Under the pieces are notes generated by a model. That model searched no databases and was not told the origin of the DNA. It saw only the letters and a program-made list of their open reading frames with translations. A stretch of DNA of 64,000 nucleotides from an uncultured bacterium (GTDB lineage Bacteria; Verrucomicrobiota; Verrucomicrobiia; Verrucomicrobiales; DEV007). Positions 19,201 through 27,960 of this stretch are shown one piece after another. The stretch lies in the NCBI GenBank assembly GCA_963977015.1, contig CAXBMO010000028.1, positions 1-64,000 of the forward strand. The letters run 5' to 3'. Within the stretch, counting starts at the first letter, position 1, and each line of letters opens with the position of its first letter. A program made the position numbers and the translations under genes.

Positions 19201-19268
19201 ACTACGCGATCGACGAAGTCGGCGATGGCGAGCCGACCGCGATTCTGGGAATCAATCGGCCCCTCTAG
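16254..19268 (+). CDS. Multi-PAS sensor protein with degenerate N-terminal receiver domain and no output domain
   Basis: ALVVQNDAGTRKLI REC-like start, Pro-rich linker, about 6 PAS/PAC units (NAPVALAMLD, DVTERRRGEEALRSSEAKFR, WNPAAERMFGY). Confidence 0.85.
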   Translation: MNASSHGPALTRKRALVVQNDAGTRKLICEQLMNFGFDVDAGATVADGASLYRYQPLVVTSTERDPMMPRGFIAWLHENHQDESSRPYILAISDRESSLSTPPQNRAWDELLTLPLKASELKHRIQAIGTWVDSFLEGQGKGNSDVRAYPEEAVEAVPVAEPPERERIVVRAKFPNRKAQTVEAAPQQRLAESSTSNPGVATKPVMKVPPPPSLVSPKTAPVKPITPPTGPVAERTKPRPAMRNTGLMSPTEQFQALVDNAPVALAMLDLDLRYLVVNRRWLRDFRLENVEVIGRKHLEVFPQLGENWSHIYNRALEGMPDRSQPDIFVHADGTQDWVRWEVQPWTNSSREIQGITISCEAVNQNPSTNSPSELELVGHSLLKGKVTPVISLNMEGTIEGASEACLGFASNTVTTLKGERFWDIFVSNHQRDDVKLSYLAAAKETRENEYFAFPPTFVTEVNLSSGGETTMAWTNSPRYDGTGRVSGVVCLGIPIGDGSALLGDIDKARKGRQSLSGAASYYATEPSAILEQISFGIVLLDPQRNTLYANPEHRHLLGYDVETFDDIEDWIRQAAPNPNHSHTLLEEWRTSVWQQQVTKILSLRTRDGVMREIEFRPRPTSDGGLMLTLFDVTERRRGEEALRSSEAKFRALFQDAGVGIVLEDTTGAIFDANPIFESIIGASRSDLRRSGMQDWVEHSDRPQIGLALQKLDPAEASRRPVTLEIRLVRQDQSQLIARTTISRVYDGNERLLYTAYFIQDVTAEREATSNFQLAEQQNRALFQAIPDLILLLDSTGRVIDVIPAASGMLLNDAAQGIGKRLSEIAPALAEHESRLLQQAIGQDGIVVQEFVQPFADGSSKALTARLARCGTDHVVAVIQVNTDSRDSNNELRRLALTFGLSQDAVIITNLAGKITEWNPAAERMFGYRTEEIIGHGLATLFSPNDRPAFNNVIADSLTEQGEWGGEVDYFRSDGSQARANVIYYAIDEVGDGEPTAILGINRPL

Positions 19269-19317
19269 GGGCAATCGGAAAGATTGGTAGCAGTTGCCAT
19301 GACGGACTGATCATAGT

Positions 19318-19668
19318 ATGATGAATAAGATGATTGCAACCACTACCAACTATCCTCACCTGACGTTTCGTCAAGAGGATGGCTTGCCTGTAATCGAGCG
19401 ACTTCAGTTCAAAGCCATTCATCTGATTGCAAATCATGTCGCTCATGGCTGGAGTGCCGAAGAACTTGTTGTCAACTTTCCTCATCTAACACTCGGAGAA
19501 GTCTACTCTGTTCTCGGCTGGCTTTCGGATCACCGCGAAGCTGTCACGGAGCATCTTGAAATCGGTGCGGCCAATGCACGCGGCCTTGCTCTCGAAGCCA
19601 GACATCACCAAATCGCCGACCGATTGAGGGATTCTGGCGAGCTTATTAGGCCACACACCGCCGCTTAG
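19318..19668 (+). CDS. DUF433 antitoxin
   Basis: GLPVIE...HGWSAEELVVNFPHLTLGEVYSVL. Confidence 0.85.
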   Translation: MMNKMIATTTNYPHLTFRQEDGLPVIERLQFKAIHLIANHVAHGWSAEELVVNFPHLTLGEVYSVLGWLSDHREAVTEHLEIGAANARGLALEARHHQIADRLRDSGELIRPHTAA

Positions 19669-19683
19669 CTGCTTCCCGGACAG

Positions 19684-20033
19684 ATGGCGATCAGTTTGAT
19701 GATGGACCAGCACATCCCGGCCTCAATTACTCGAGGACTTCGGGTGCGAGGAGTCAACGTGCTGACGGCCTTTGAAGATAGTGCCCATCAGCTACCCGAC
19801 GAAGAATTGCTGCAACGAGCAACCGAACTCAACCACGTGTTGGTGACGCAAGACGATGATCTTTTGCGATCGCTCACCGGTGGCTTGAAGGTGGAAATTC
19901 CTTCAGTGGAGTTATCTACTGTCATCAATTAAACATCACCATTGGAAAGGCTATTGAGGATCTGGAGCTGTTGGCTCACTGCGGTTCGACCGAAGATTTC
20001 GCAAACAAAGTGGAGTTTCTACCTCTTCATTGA
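19684..20033 (+). pseudogene. DUF5615 PIN-like toxin, frameshifted
   Basis: MDQHIP...DEELLQRATELNHVLVTQDDD; a 1-nt shift near 19866 restores AIAHRWLEGGNSFSGVIYCHQLNITIGKAIEDLELL...VEFLPLH*. Confidence 0.85.
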
Positions 20034-20073
20034 GTTTGCAAATTCGGGAACTCCTCCCGGGCAATAGAAAGAC

Positions 20074-21027
20074 CTACTTGCTCCACTCCAACATCCGCAA
20101 AATCGGCGCTTCGGCGCGTTTCCGCAATTCCTCTTCCATCTCGATTGCGGGGCTCAGGTCGCGAAGGCACGCGTGAAGTTTTTCCAGCGTGTTCATCTTC
20201 ATGTAGCGGCAGTCGCTGCAGGCGCAGTTGTCGGTCGGGCCGGGAATAAAATTCTTGTCCGGACACTCCTGCTTCAACCGGTGCAGCATCCCGCTCTCGG
20301 TCACGATGATGAGATTCTTGGAATCCGTCTTCTGACAGAAGTGAACCATTTTTTCGGTCGAGCACACTTCGTCAGCCAGCAGGCGAACCGCCATGGTGCA
20401 TTCCGGGTGCGCAACGACTTTGGCGTCGGGATACTGGTCCTTGATCCTGGCGATGCTGTCGCGGGTGAACTCGATGTGGACGTAACAGGCACCCCGCCAC
20501 ATGTCCATCTTCCGGCCGGTCTTGGATTGAACCCAGTTCCCGAGATTCTCGTCGGGAACAAAGAGAATGTTGCGGTCCTCAGGAACATTCTGAACAATCT
20601 GAATCGCGTTGCCACTCGTGCAGATCACGTCGCTCAGCGCCTTCACGCCTGCGCTGCTGTTGATGTAGCTGATCACGTAATAATTCTTCTTCGCCTGTTC
20701 GAAAAGGAACTGCTCCAGCTTCTGGGCCGGGCAACTTTGCTCCAACGAGCATCCCGCGTCGCGATCCGGCAACACCACCGTTTTCTGCGGATTAATGATC
20801 TTGGCCGTCTCCGCCATGAAGTGAACGCCACAAAACGCGATCACCTCCTGATCCGCTTCCTTGGCCTTGAACGAAAGCCCCAGCGAATCCCCCACAAAGT
20901 CGGCGAGATCCTGGATCTCCGGAATTTGGTAATTGTGAGCCAGAATAATGGCATTCCGCTCTTTCTTGAGCTCCAGAATTTCTTCGCGCAGATCGACGCC
21001 GGCGGTAGGGGAATACATCGTTTTCAA
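20074..21027 (-). CDS. nadA: Quinolinate synthase
   Basis: ILAHNYQ, GDSLGL, FCGVHFMAETAK, AGCSL, YINSSA, AHPEC, CRYMKMNTLEK; start may be ATG 21018. Confidence 0.96.
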   Translation of the reverse strand: MKTMYSPTAGVDLREEILELKKERNAIILAHNYQIPEIQDLADFVGDSLGLSFKAKEADQEVIAFCGVHFMAETAKIINPQKTVVLPDRDAGCSLEQSCPAQKLEQFLFEQAKKNYYVISYINSSAGVKALSDVICTSGNAIQIVQNVPEDRNILFVPDENLGNWVQSKTGRKMDMWRGACYVHIEFTRDSIARIKDQYPDAKVVAHPECTMAVRLLADEVCSTEKMVHFCQKTDSKNLIIVTESGMLHRLKQECPDKNFIPGPTDNCACSDCRYMKMNTLEKLHACLRDLSPAIEMEEELRKRAEAPILRMLEWSK

Positions 21028-21221
21028 TAGGGTTGAAGAACAACTTAGAGTAGACCTCCCGAAAGATCTAATCGAAATCCAAACGTGTGGCAGGGCCGCG
21101 AAGGATCGGTTTGCAGTTCAACGAGGGATGGGACCCGGGAAGCCTTGACGAATCCGCGAACGCGGTGTCGCGGCGGGGCTCGAAAGAGCTTCGGAATCAA
21201 TTAGCGGCTGCACCGCGGTCC

Positions 21222-21548
21222 TCATTCCTCCAGATTGCGCAAGTCTTCCGCCAGTCGCTCGGAGAATTTCATCGCGTGATGGAGAACGGTGATGATCCCG
21301 ATGCCGGTGGAAATCCTTTTGAAGATGACGTAGTGCTTTTCATAGCGAGAAAGAAAGACCTCATCGCCTGCCATGTGCTCCGGCGGCAACTGCTTCCAGG
21401 GCAATGTCTCATCCGCCAGTCGAGCGAAATGGCTGTGAAGGCCGGTGATGTAGTCGACCGCCTGGTCGGTGCCCCACTTCGCAACGGTGTAATCCCAGAT
21501 TTCGTCCTCCCGAATCTGGGCTTGATGAGAGACCTTGTATTCAGCCGT
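21222..21548 (-). CDS. ParE-family toxin 1 with ACG in place of a canonical start (possible pseudogene)
   Basis: Open frame ACG-AEYKVSHQAQIREDEIWDYTVAKWGTDQAVDYITGL...RYEKHYVIFKR..IGIITVLHHAM; in-frame TGA four codons upstream of the ACG. Confidence 0.8.
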   Translation of the reverse strand, partial: TAEYKVSHQAQIREDEIWDYTVAKWGTDQAVDYITGLHSHFARLADETLPWKQLPPEHMAGDEVFLSRYEKHYVIFKRISTGIGIITVLHHAMKFSERLAEDLRNLEE

Positions 21549-21792
21549 TTCCGCTGCTCATCCGGGCTTTCCCCCGCCGAATCACATCCTCGGCGGTTTC
21601 CGGGTGAAACTGTGATTCGTCGGCCTCAATTCCTGGGCGGAGTTGCTCGTAAAGCCAATCCCAGCCATGAGATTCGCGCTCCTTGTGATTGGCAATGAGT
21701 TGGACGACGAAATCCGAGCCCGTGGAGAATCCGTGCCGGCGTGCTTGTTCGCTGACGAATTCGTCGAGATCAGGAGTGAGGAGCAAATCCAT
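21541..21792 (-). CDS. ParD-like RHH antitoxin 1
   Basis: MDLLLTPDLDEFVSEQARRHGFSTGSDFVVQLI; overlaps the toxin start. Confidence 0.8.
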   Translation of the reverse strand: MDLLLTPDLDEFVSEQARRHGFSTGSDFVVQLIANHKERESHGWDWLYEQLRPGIEADESQFHPETAEDVIRRGKARMSSGNG

Positions 21793-22110
21793 GAAGATTA
21801 CCGTAGCAGTGGGAGGAGAGAATTCAAACTTGGGAAGCTTCGGCATGATTTCGACCTTGAAGAGTTACGACGAAATTCGCTGCCTTCGCCTTCATGATCC
21901 CCATGTCCTTCAAGGTTCAAAACCCAAAAGCCACGCTGCCTGCCCCGTCGCCTTCCGACACCGGCCCAGTGCGTCGAGTGCCAGCATTTCCAGGCAATCG
22001 GCCCCAACGCCTTCAAATGCTCCTCGCAATCGGAGGGATGCACGACTTGCGGGATTTGAAGCCGTTGAGGCAACCAAGTTTCGGGGCAGAGCGGGTTAGT
22101 TAGGAGGGCG

Positions 22111-22444
22111 TCAATCAACCCGATCTTCCAGGAATCCAGCCAATTGATCCTTGCTCGTTTCGTGAACGATCGAAAGGATGTCGATGCTGTCCGATTGGTT
22201 CTCCGTTGGAGCTAAGATCACATAGTGACGCTCGACGTGATTGGTAACGAATTTCTGCCGGAGCGGCTGCGAAAAACCGTGTGCAGGGATGAGTCGCGGC
22301 ATTTCCGTCAGCGATTCGCTGGAAGGCGGCCTCCAAGTTGTCTTGATAGGTGTCCGCCTGTTCCGGTCCCCAAGTTCGGGCAATGTAAAGCCAGATTTCC
22401 TCCAAGCGTAGATCGGCTTCCTTGGTGCGTTGAAACTGCCCCGT
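22111..22444 (-). pseudogene. ParE-family toxin 2, frameshifted, ACG at the expected start
   Basis: (T)GQFQRTKEADLRLEEIWLYIARTWGPEQADTYQDNL...EIRY then shifts frame to HVERHYVIL...IDILSIVHE. Confidence 0.8.
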
Positions 22445-22457
22445 GCGGGTTGAGCTG

Positions 22458-22724
22458 CTAGGCGCTCTCGCGCTGCTCAGCCTCGAACTTGGCACGAGCC
22501 TCGCGCTTGATGTCGTCCAAAGAACGATTGGAGAATTCACCCGCTTTAGCCTGACGGTAGCTTTCCATGATGCTGGTCTGGGCTTCAGCGGTAGCCAATG
22601 GGTGGAGCTGTGACTGAAAGACCTTCAGACTGGCCGCGACCAGGGCACCCGGTGAATCGAAGGCTCCGGAAGCGACCTGTTCGCCAACAAAGGACTCAAA
22701 TCCCGCGGGGATGGTGACTTCCAT
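22458..22724 (-). CDS. ParD-like antitoxin 2
   Basis: MEVTIPAGFESFVGEQVASGAFDSPGALVAASL. Confidence 0.82.
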   Translation of the reverse strand: MEVTIPAGFESFVGEQVASGAFDSPGALVAASLKVFQSQLHPLATAEAQTSIMESYRQAKAGEFSNRSLDDIKREARAKFEAEQRESA

Positions 22725-23085
22725 GGGTTCATGGTACTGGGTATTGCAAGGATTTCAACCGCCCAATCCTCGTAGCGAGTTCCTCAGCCAAATTGGGAAA
22801 CGATCATTCGGTCTCCGCACCACCCAGCTTCGCCAGCCAAGCCGCCTCCGCCTCCCGCCCTTGCTCTTTCGCCCTTCTTGGCCCCCTCGGAATTCTCCTG
22901 GACGCCTGGTGGATGAATCGCCGAAATTCCGCCCAGAAGTAGGCCGGATTCGGGGTCGCAACCGGGATTCCGGCCATCCGGTGGCGAATCGCCAACCTCC
23001 GCAGGCCATCGTCCTTGCCTGGCAGCAGAGTGAAGCAGCAGTCACAGTCGGGTGTCGCGCAGGTAGCGAGACTGGAAATGCAGAA

Positions 23086-23767
23086 AATCCCAACGGGATT
23101 TCGCACGTCGAGCCCAGGGTTGGCGCAGCCTACCCTGGGGTCCCGGAAGCCAACCGAATCAATCCTGAAAGGATTGCGAAACCGTTCAATCCCAAACGTA
23201 TCGTTCATCGTATTCGACCCCGTGTTTCTCCAGAAATGCCCGAAATTCATCCTGAAACGATTGATTCCGATGCTGTTCGGCCTGGTTGGCGACGTATTGT
23301 TTCACCCGGGGAACGTTGGATTCCGATACGGAAAAAACACCGTAGCCGGATTGCCAATGAAACTGCGACCACTCATCACCCCGATCCTTCAGCCAAAGAC
23401 TCGATACGCGCTTGGTTTCCTTGACGAATTCCGCGATAGAAATCGTGCGTTGCAATTCCGTCAGCAAATGGACATGATCGGCAACACCGCCAATTTTGAT
23501 GGCTGGACAATCGAGATTGGCCGTCACACTTGCGAGATAGGCCGCCACTTCCCGTTGGTGCTCGGCGGACGCGAAGAATGGGAATCTGTCCCTGGTCGAA
23601 AAGATGGTGTGAAGGTAGACTTTGGCGAGGGATTGCGGCATGGCCCATCAATTTTGGAGGGTTGGGGACGATTTCGCAATCCTTTCAGGATTGGTTCCTT
23701 TGGCGGTTGCTGACCCAGGGTAGGCTGCGCCAACCCTGGGCTCGACGTGCGGAATCCCGTTGGGATT
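23086..23767. mobile_element. Y1 transposase (IS200/RAYT-like) unit with ~100-bp inverted REP-like flanks
   Basis: 23086-23185 and 23668-23767 are near-perfect inverted repeats, each with three hairpins; direct repeat AGACTGGAA at 23069-23077 and 23770-23778. Confidence 0.85.
23186..23641 (-). CDS. tnpA: IS200/IS605-family (Y1, HUH) transposase
   Basis: MPQSLAKVYLHTIFST, DHVHLL HUH motif, WQSGYGVFSVS, YVANQAEQH. Confidence 0.93.
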   Translation of the reverse strand: MPQSLAKVYLHTIFSTRDRFPFFASAEHQREVAAYLASVTANLDCPAIKIGGVADHVHLLTELQRTISIAEFVKETKRVSSLWLKDRGDEWSQFHWQSGYGVFSVSESNVPRVKQYVANQAEQHRNQSFQDEFRAFLEKHGVEYDERYVWD

Positions 23768-23979
23768 CAAGACTGGAACTTGCCAGCCGGGACAGTGCAG
23801 CCCTCCAGTTCCTTGTGGAGCCAGTTGCCCCATTCGATGCGTTTCGGCGGAAGCGGCGATTGGGACTGGTCGCCTTCGCGGCGGACGCGGTTGTCCAGGT
23901 GGGAGTAGCTGATAAATGCGCGGTAGTGGCGCTTTTGGATGGAGGCGGATGTTGGCCTGGGTTCCTGCGAATCTGCCAT
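23767..23979 (-). pseudogene. TIR-domain N-terminal fragment truncated at the transposase element
   Basis: YRAFISYSHLD...WGNWLHKELEG resembles the start of bacterial TIR_2 domains. Confidence 0.7.
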
Positions 23980-24142
23980 TAATCTGGTCTTTCAGTTTTC
24001 GATCAACGCGAACGCCACCTGCGGAAACGAACTTCGCCCACGATAGGTTCGAAGCAGAATTCTGGGCCGAACGGACCCGGAAAGTCAACCTCGTTGGAAC
24101 GGTTTGTCCCGACCGGAATCAGGTGGCGGGTTTCTCCAGGAT

Positions 24143-25150
24143 TCAGAACAACCCGGGATTCTTCATCTCAATGGCGCGTTTGCCCCGAGTGAACCCGTAG
24201 TAGAGAAAGGCGATGCCGATCCCGATGAAGAAGAGGGAGTAAAATTGCCCTTTGGAGATGCCGGCAAGGTGTCCGGAATCGGCGTGGCGAAAGACTTCGC
24301 CGATGATGCGGAAGATGGCGTAGTTGATGAAAAAGAGGCCGGTGAGGATGCCGTAGGGCAGTTTCTTGAAGCGGATGCGCACCAGAAAGAGAATGACGAA
24401 GAGGAGGAGCCCTTCCATCAGGCCCTGATAAATTTGCGAAGGATAGCGAGGGTTGAGCGTTTCGCGCAGGACGTGCTCGACGGCGGGATCGGAACCAATC
24501 GCCGCCTGAATCGCATGGAAGCTGCCATACAGGTCGACCTGGCCATTGGGAAAGTAGGCTTTGTAGTCCGGAAGTTTGTCCAACACCGCTTGCCCGATGC
24601 TGTAGGGAAAGTCGCGCATTTCGTTGGGAAATTGCCACGCCCATTTGAACTGCGGAGCGGGTTTTCCGTAGAGTTCGCCGTTGATGAAGTTGGCCATTCG
24701 CCCGAAAAAGATGCCGAGCGGTGCGACGGAAACCAGGTTGTCCCCGACCCCGGCCCAATTGTATTTCTTATGGCGGGCGTAAAAGAAGGTGAAAGCGACG
24801 AGGCCCAAAATGCCGCCGTGGCTGGCCATGCCGCCTTTCCAGATCTTGATGAACATCAGGGGATCTTCCTGGAGCTGGCCTTCGGGCAGGGCGTAGAGCA
24901 ATACATAGCCCAGGCGGCCGCCGAGCATGACCCCGAGCAAGGCGGCGAGGGTGATGAAGTCGCTCGTTTCATCGGGTTTCAACTGACCATAGTCGCGTTT
25001 CGCGAGCCAGGTCATGAGGAGATACGCCGCGACGAATCCCAGCACGTAGGCGAGCCCATACCAACGGATGGCAAAGCCCTCCGAAAATTGGACAATGATG
25101 GGATCGAGATTGTGAAGATGGTAGGCCAAAAGCACGGGCCCATGAGACAC
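24143..25150 (-). CDS. lgt: Prolipoprotein diacylglyceryl transferase
   Basis: IRWYGLAY, GGRLGYVL, GGMASHGG, GRMANFINGELYG, YPSQIYQ. Confidence 0.96.
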   Translation of the reverse strand: MSHGPVLLAYHLHNLDPIIVQFSEGFAIRWYGLAYVLGFVAAYLLMTWLAKRDYGQLKPDETSDFITLAALLGVMLGGRLGYVLLYALPEGQLQEDPLMFIKIWKGGMASHGGILGLVAFTFFYARHKKYNWAGVGDNLVSVAPLGIFFGRMANFINGELYGKPAPQFKWAWQFPNEMRDFPYSIGQAVLDKLPDYKAYFPNGQVDLYGSFHAIQAAIGSDPAVEHVLRETLNPRYPSQIYQGLMEGLLLFVILFLVRIRFKKLPYGILTGLFFINYAIFRIIGEVFRHADSGHLAGISKGQFYSLFFIGIGIAFLYYGFTRGKRAIEMKNPGLF

Positions 25151-25208
25151 GATTCGGTCAATCGAGGCAAACGAAAGAATCGTCGCTCAAATCAACCTCC
25201 CTCTCTTT

Positions 25209-25529
25209 TCAACCGGCGGCCGGCAGTTGGTCGAAGTTGAACGTGCAACATCCCAAATTGAGGATGTTTTCGTTTTCCTCCAGTTTCTGGCGAAATTCTT
25301 CGGCCAACGCGCATACCTTCGCTTTCCCGGCTTTTTCCATGACAATCAGCTCGGCCTCGCGCAGCACGCGCAGATGTTTCGAGACATTGTAGGTCGAAAC
25401 GTTGAGGGATTCCGAGATCTCGCCAACGCGCATCGAGTCATCCAGCAGGAGCTTCACAATCCGCAGTCGGGTATCATCCGCCAGGGCCTTGAGAAGATGG
25501 ATCCAATCGTCTGTTGAAGTCGTCGACAC
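25209..25529 (-). CDS. ArsR/SmtB-family regulator
   Basis: LKALADDTRLRIV...VSKHLRVLREAELI; GTG start inferred. Confidence 0.88.
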   Translation of the reverse strand: MSTTSTDDWIHLLKALADDTRLRIVKLLLDDSMRVGEISESLNVSTYNVSKHLRVLREAELIVMEKAGKAKVCALAEEFRQKLEENENILNLGCCTFNFDQLPAAG

Positions 25530-25575
25530 GCACCAACAAATACCCCGGGTCATCCTGCGAGCAAGAAGATTGAAA

Positions 25576-25980
25576 CTAGCCGGGCGTTTTCTTTTTGGGG
25601 GTGACAGTTCTGTCACCTTTGTCGACAAAATCGACGATTTTCGCGAACGTTTTTAACCCAATTCCCTTCACCGTCACCAAATGCGCCGAGGAATCAAAGG
25701 GCCGGGCCGAGATGATCCGATCGGCCGTGGCCTCGCCAATTCGGGGTAAATTCATGAGATCCTCTTTGGTGCCACTCTTCACTAATCGGGTCAGTTTGCC
25801 CTTCTTGTAGGAACTCAGCTTTTGAGTTAGTTTTGTGGCTTCCGCGATTTCCGCTTGTTGCTCGGTCTCCGCCGCCGTCGGTTCGTTTTTCGCCGGTTGA
25901 TCGGCCGCGGAGAGGGTCACAACTCCCAGGGCCAACAGGGCTACGATCTCCAACCTCATTCTTGCTCGCATCAGTTTCAT
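25576..25980 (-). CDS. ComEA-like helix-hairpin-helix protein (secreted)
   Basis: LPRIGEATADRII...VKGIGLKT, N-terminal signal peptide. Confidence 0.85.
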   Translation of the reverse strand: MKLMRARMRLEIVALLALGVVTLSAADQPAKNEPTAAETEQQAEIAEATKLTQKLSSYKKGKLTRLVKSGTKEDLMNLPRIGEATADRIISARPFDSSAHLVTVKGIGLKTFAKIVDFVDKGDRTVTPKKKTPG

Positions 25981-26000
25981 TTTTCGAATTGGAGGGTGAT

Positions 26001-26375
26001 CTATTCCACCGAAATCAACTCCCGAATTTCCTCGAGGGTCCCAGCTCCCAAACCTTGCACTTCGAGAAGATCCTCCACCGCCCCATACGGCCTACCCTCG
26101 ATAATGCGCGTGGCGAGAACACCGCCGATTTTCGGAAGTCCCTCCAACTCCGTTGCGGTAGCCTCATTCACATTGATGACGGGAACCGTTGTGTTCTTTG
26201 AGTTCGCAACCTCGGGCGGGGGATCCGAAACCGCCGCCAACGAATTGACCTCGATGACCGGCTCTGCCTTTGCGGACGCATCTTCCGACGCGTCCTCCTT
26301 CTGACAACTCAACGTCGCTCCAGCCAACAACACGGCCAAAACCCTGAATATCCTGCGGGAATACCTCCTATTCAT
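26001..26375 (-). CDS. ComEA-like HhH lipoprotein
   Basis: ATLSC lipobox, INVNEATATELEGLPKIG...VQGLG. Confidence 0.85.
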   Translation of the reverse strand: MNRRYSRRIFRVLAVLLAGATLSCQKEDASEDASAKAEPVIEVNSLAAVSDPPPEVANSKNTTVPVINVNEATATELEGLPKIGGVLATRIIEGRPYGAVEDLLEVQGLGAGTLEEIRELISVE

Positions 26376-26554
26376 CCCAAACTTTTTAGAAAACCTTCCC
26401 AACAAAGCAAGCCTAAAACCTCGGGACCCCAATATTTGCTCGGGATTTGTTGCCAATCCCGCTTCCGTTCGACGACTCCGACCGCTTTTGGCGATCACGC
26501 GGACTCCGCTTTTCCTTGTCGCCCTGGCTTCCTTCCCCAAGACTATCGTCATTC

Positions 26555-27829
26555 ATGAGCGATCCCTCCCGACGTCGAAGCCTGATTCTCGTTCTCGGTC
26601 CCGGTTTGATGCTGGCGGCAACCGGTGTCGGCGCAGGAGATTTGGCGGGCGGAGCCTTCGCCGGAATGAAGCTGGGGGTCGCGGTACTTTGGGCCGTCAT
26701 CGTGGGGGCCTTCTTCAAGTTCGTCATCACCGAAGGCCTGACACGCTGGCAATTGGCGACGGGAACCACCCTGCTCGAAGGCACGGTGCTTCGACTGGGC
26801 CGGGCCGTTCAGTGGGGATTCCTCATTTATCTGTTGGTCTGGTCGTTCGGCGTCGGCACCTCCCTCATCAGCGCCTGCGGGGTTGCCGCCCATGCGCTGT
26901 TTCCCGTCTTCGAGGATCCGGCCCGGGCCAAGACCGTCTTCGGAATCATTCATTCACTGGCAGGGCTGGCTCTGGTCTGGGTCGGGAGTTTCCGATTTCT
27001 GGAACGCACCATGGCCGTCCTCGTGTCGGTGATGATTGCGGTCGTCCTTATAACCGGCGCCCTGATTGGCGCGGATTGGGGAGCGGTGATGCAGGGGCTT
27101 CTGGTCCCCAAAGTTCCGGATCAGGAAGGAGGCGTTGCCTGGACGCTGGCCTTGATGGGCGGCATCGGCGGAACGTTGACCGTTCTCTGCTATGGCTACT
27201 GGATCCGCGAGGAAAACCGAACCAGTTTTGAAGATCTGAAAACCTGCCGAGTCGATTTGGGAATCAGCTATTCGCTCATGGCGCTCTTCGGGATTGCGAT
27301 GGTCATTATCGCGAGCGGAACGGTGTTGAGCGGCAAGGGCGCGACGCTGATCGTCGATCTCGCCGATCGTCTCGGGGAACGAATGGGCGGTCCAGCGCGG
27401 ATGATTTTTCTGGGTGGAGCCTGGGCCGCGGTCTTCAGCAGCCTACTCGGCGTCTGGCAGGCGGTTCCCTATCTGTTTGCCGATTTCTGGCACCTCTTTC
27501 GCAGCAAACGGCTCGATCCGAAAACGTTTGAACCCTATCACGTCGACACCAACGGCCAGGTTTACCGCGTTTACCTGGTGGCGTTGGCGATCGTTCCGAT
27601 GTTGGGACTGGGCTACGATTTTCAGTTCGTGCAAAAGGTCAATTCCGTCTTTGGCGCGTTGGTCATGCCGATGGTCGCCCTTGCCCTGCTCATCCTCAAT
27701 GGCAACGGATCCTGGGTCGGAGCCCAATTTCGGAACCGTTGGTGGACTGCGGCAACCCTCGTCACCATTCTCATCTTCTTCGCCTGGGTTGGAGGACCGA
27801 AGCTTGTCAACGTGTTCTCGGGAGGGTAG
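26555..27829 (+). CDS. Nramp-family divalent cation transporter-like protein
   Basis: LGPGLMLAATGVGAGDL, about 11 TM segments. Confidence 0.85.
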   Translation: MSDPSRRRSLILVLGPGLMLAATGVGAGDLAGGAFAGMKLGVAVLWAVIVGAFFKFVITEGLTRWQLATGTTLLEGTVLRLGRAVQWGFLIYLLVWSFGVGTSLISACGVAAHALFPVFEDPARAKTVFGIIHSLAGLALVWVGSFRFLERTMAVLVSVMIAVVLITGALIGADWGAVMQGLLVPKVPDQEGGVAWTLALMGGIGGTLTVLCYGYWIREENRTSFEDLKTCRVDLGISYSLMALFGIAMVIIASGTVLSGKGATLIVDLADRLGERMGGPARMIFLGGAWAAVFSSLLGVWQAVPYLFADFWHLFRSKRLDPKTFEPYHVDTNGQVYRVYLVALAIVPMLGLGYDFQFVQKVNSVFGALVMPMVALALLILNGNGSWVGAQFRNRWWTAATLVTILIFFAWVGGPKLVNVFSGG

Positions 27830-27960
27830 TCGCCAACTTTGCTTGCGTCGTAAGTTCTCACGATCCACGACGCCAATTACGCAATCTCGAAGTGGATAGT
27901 TGCCACCTCGCGCAACAAAACAGTTGCCAACTCGCGCAACTGTCATCTACACAAGAACCA

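Noticed and set aside
21798-22118. 106-aa ORF between the two ParDE pairs
   Set aside because: No recognisable family or start context; cannot be supported as a gene
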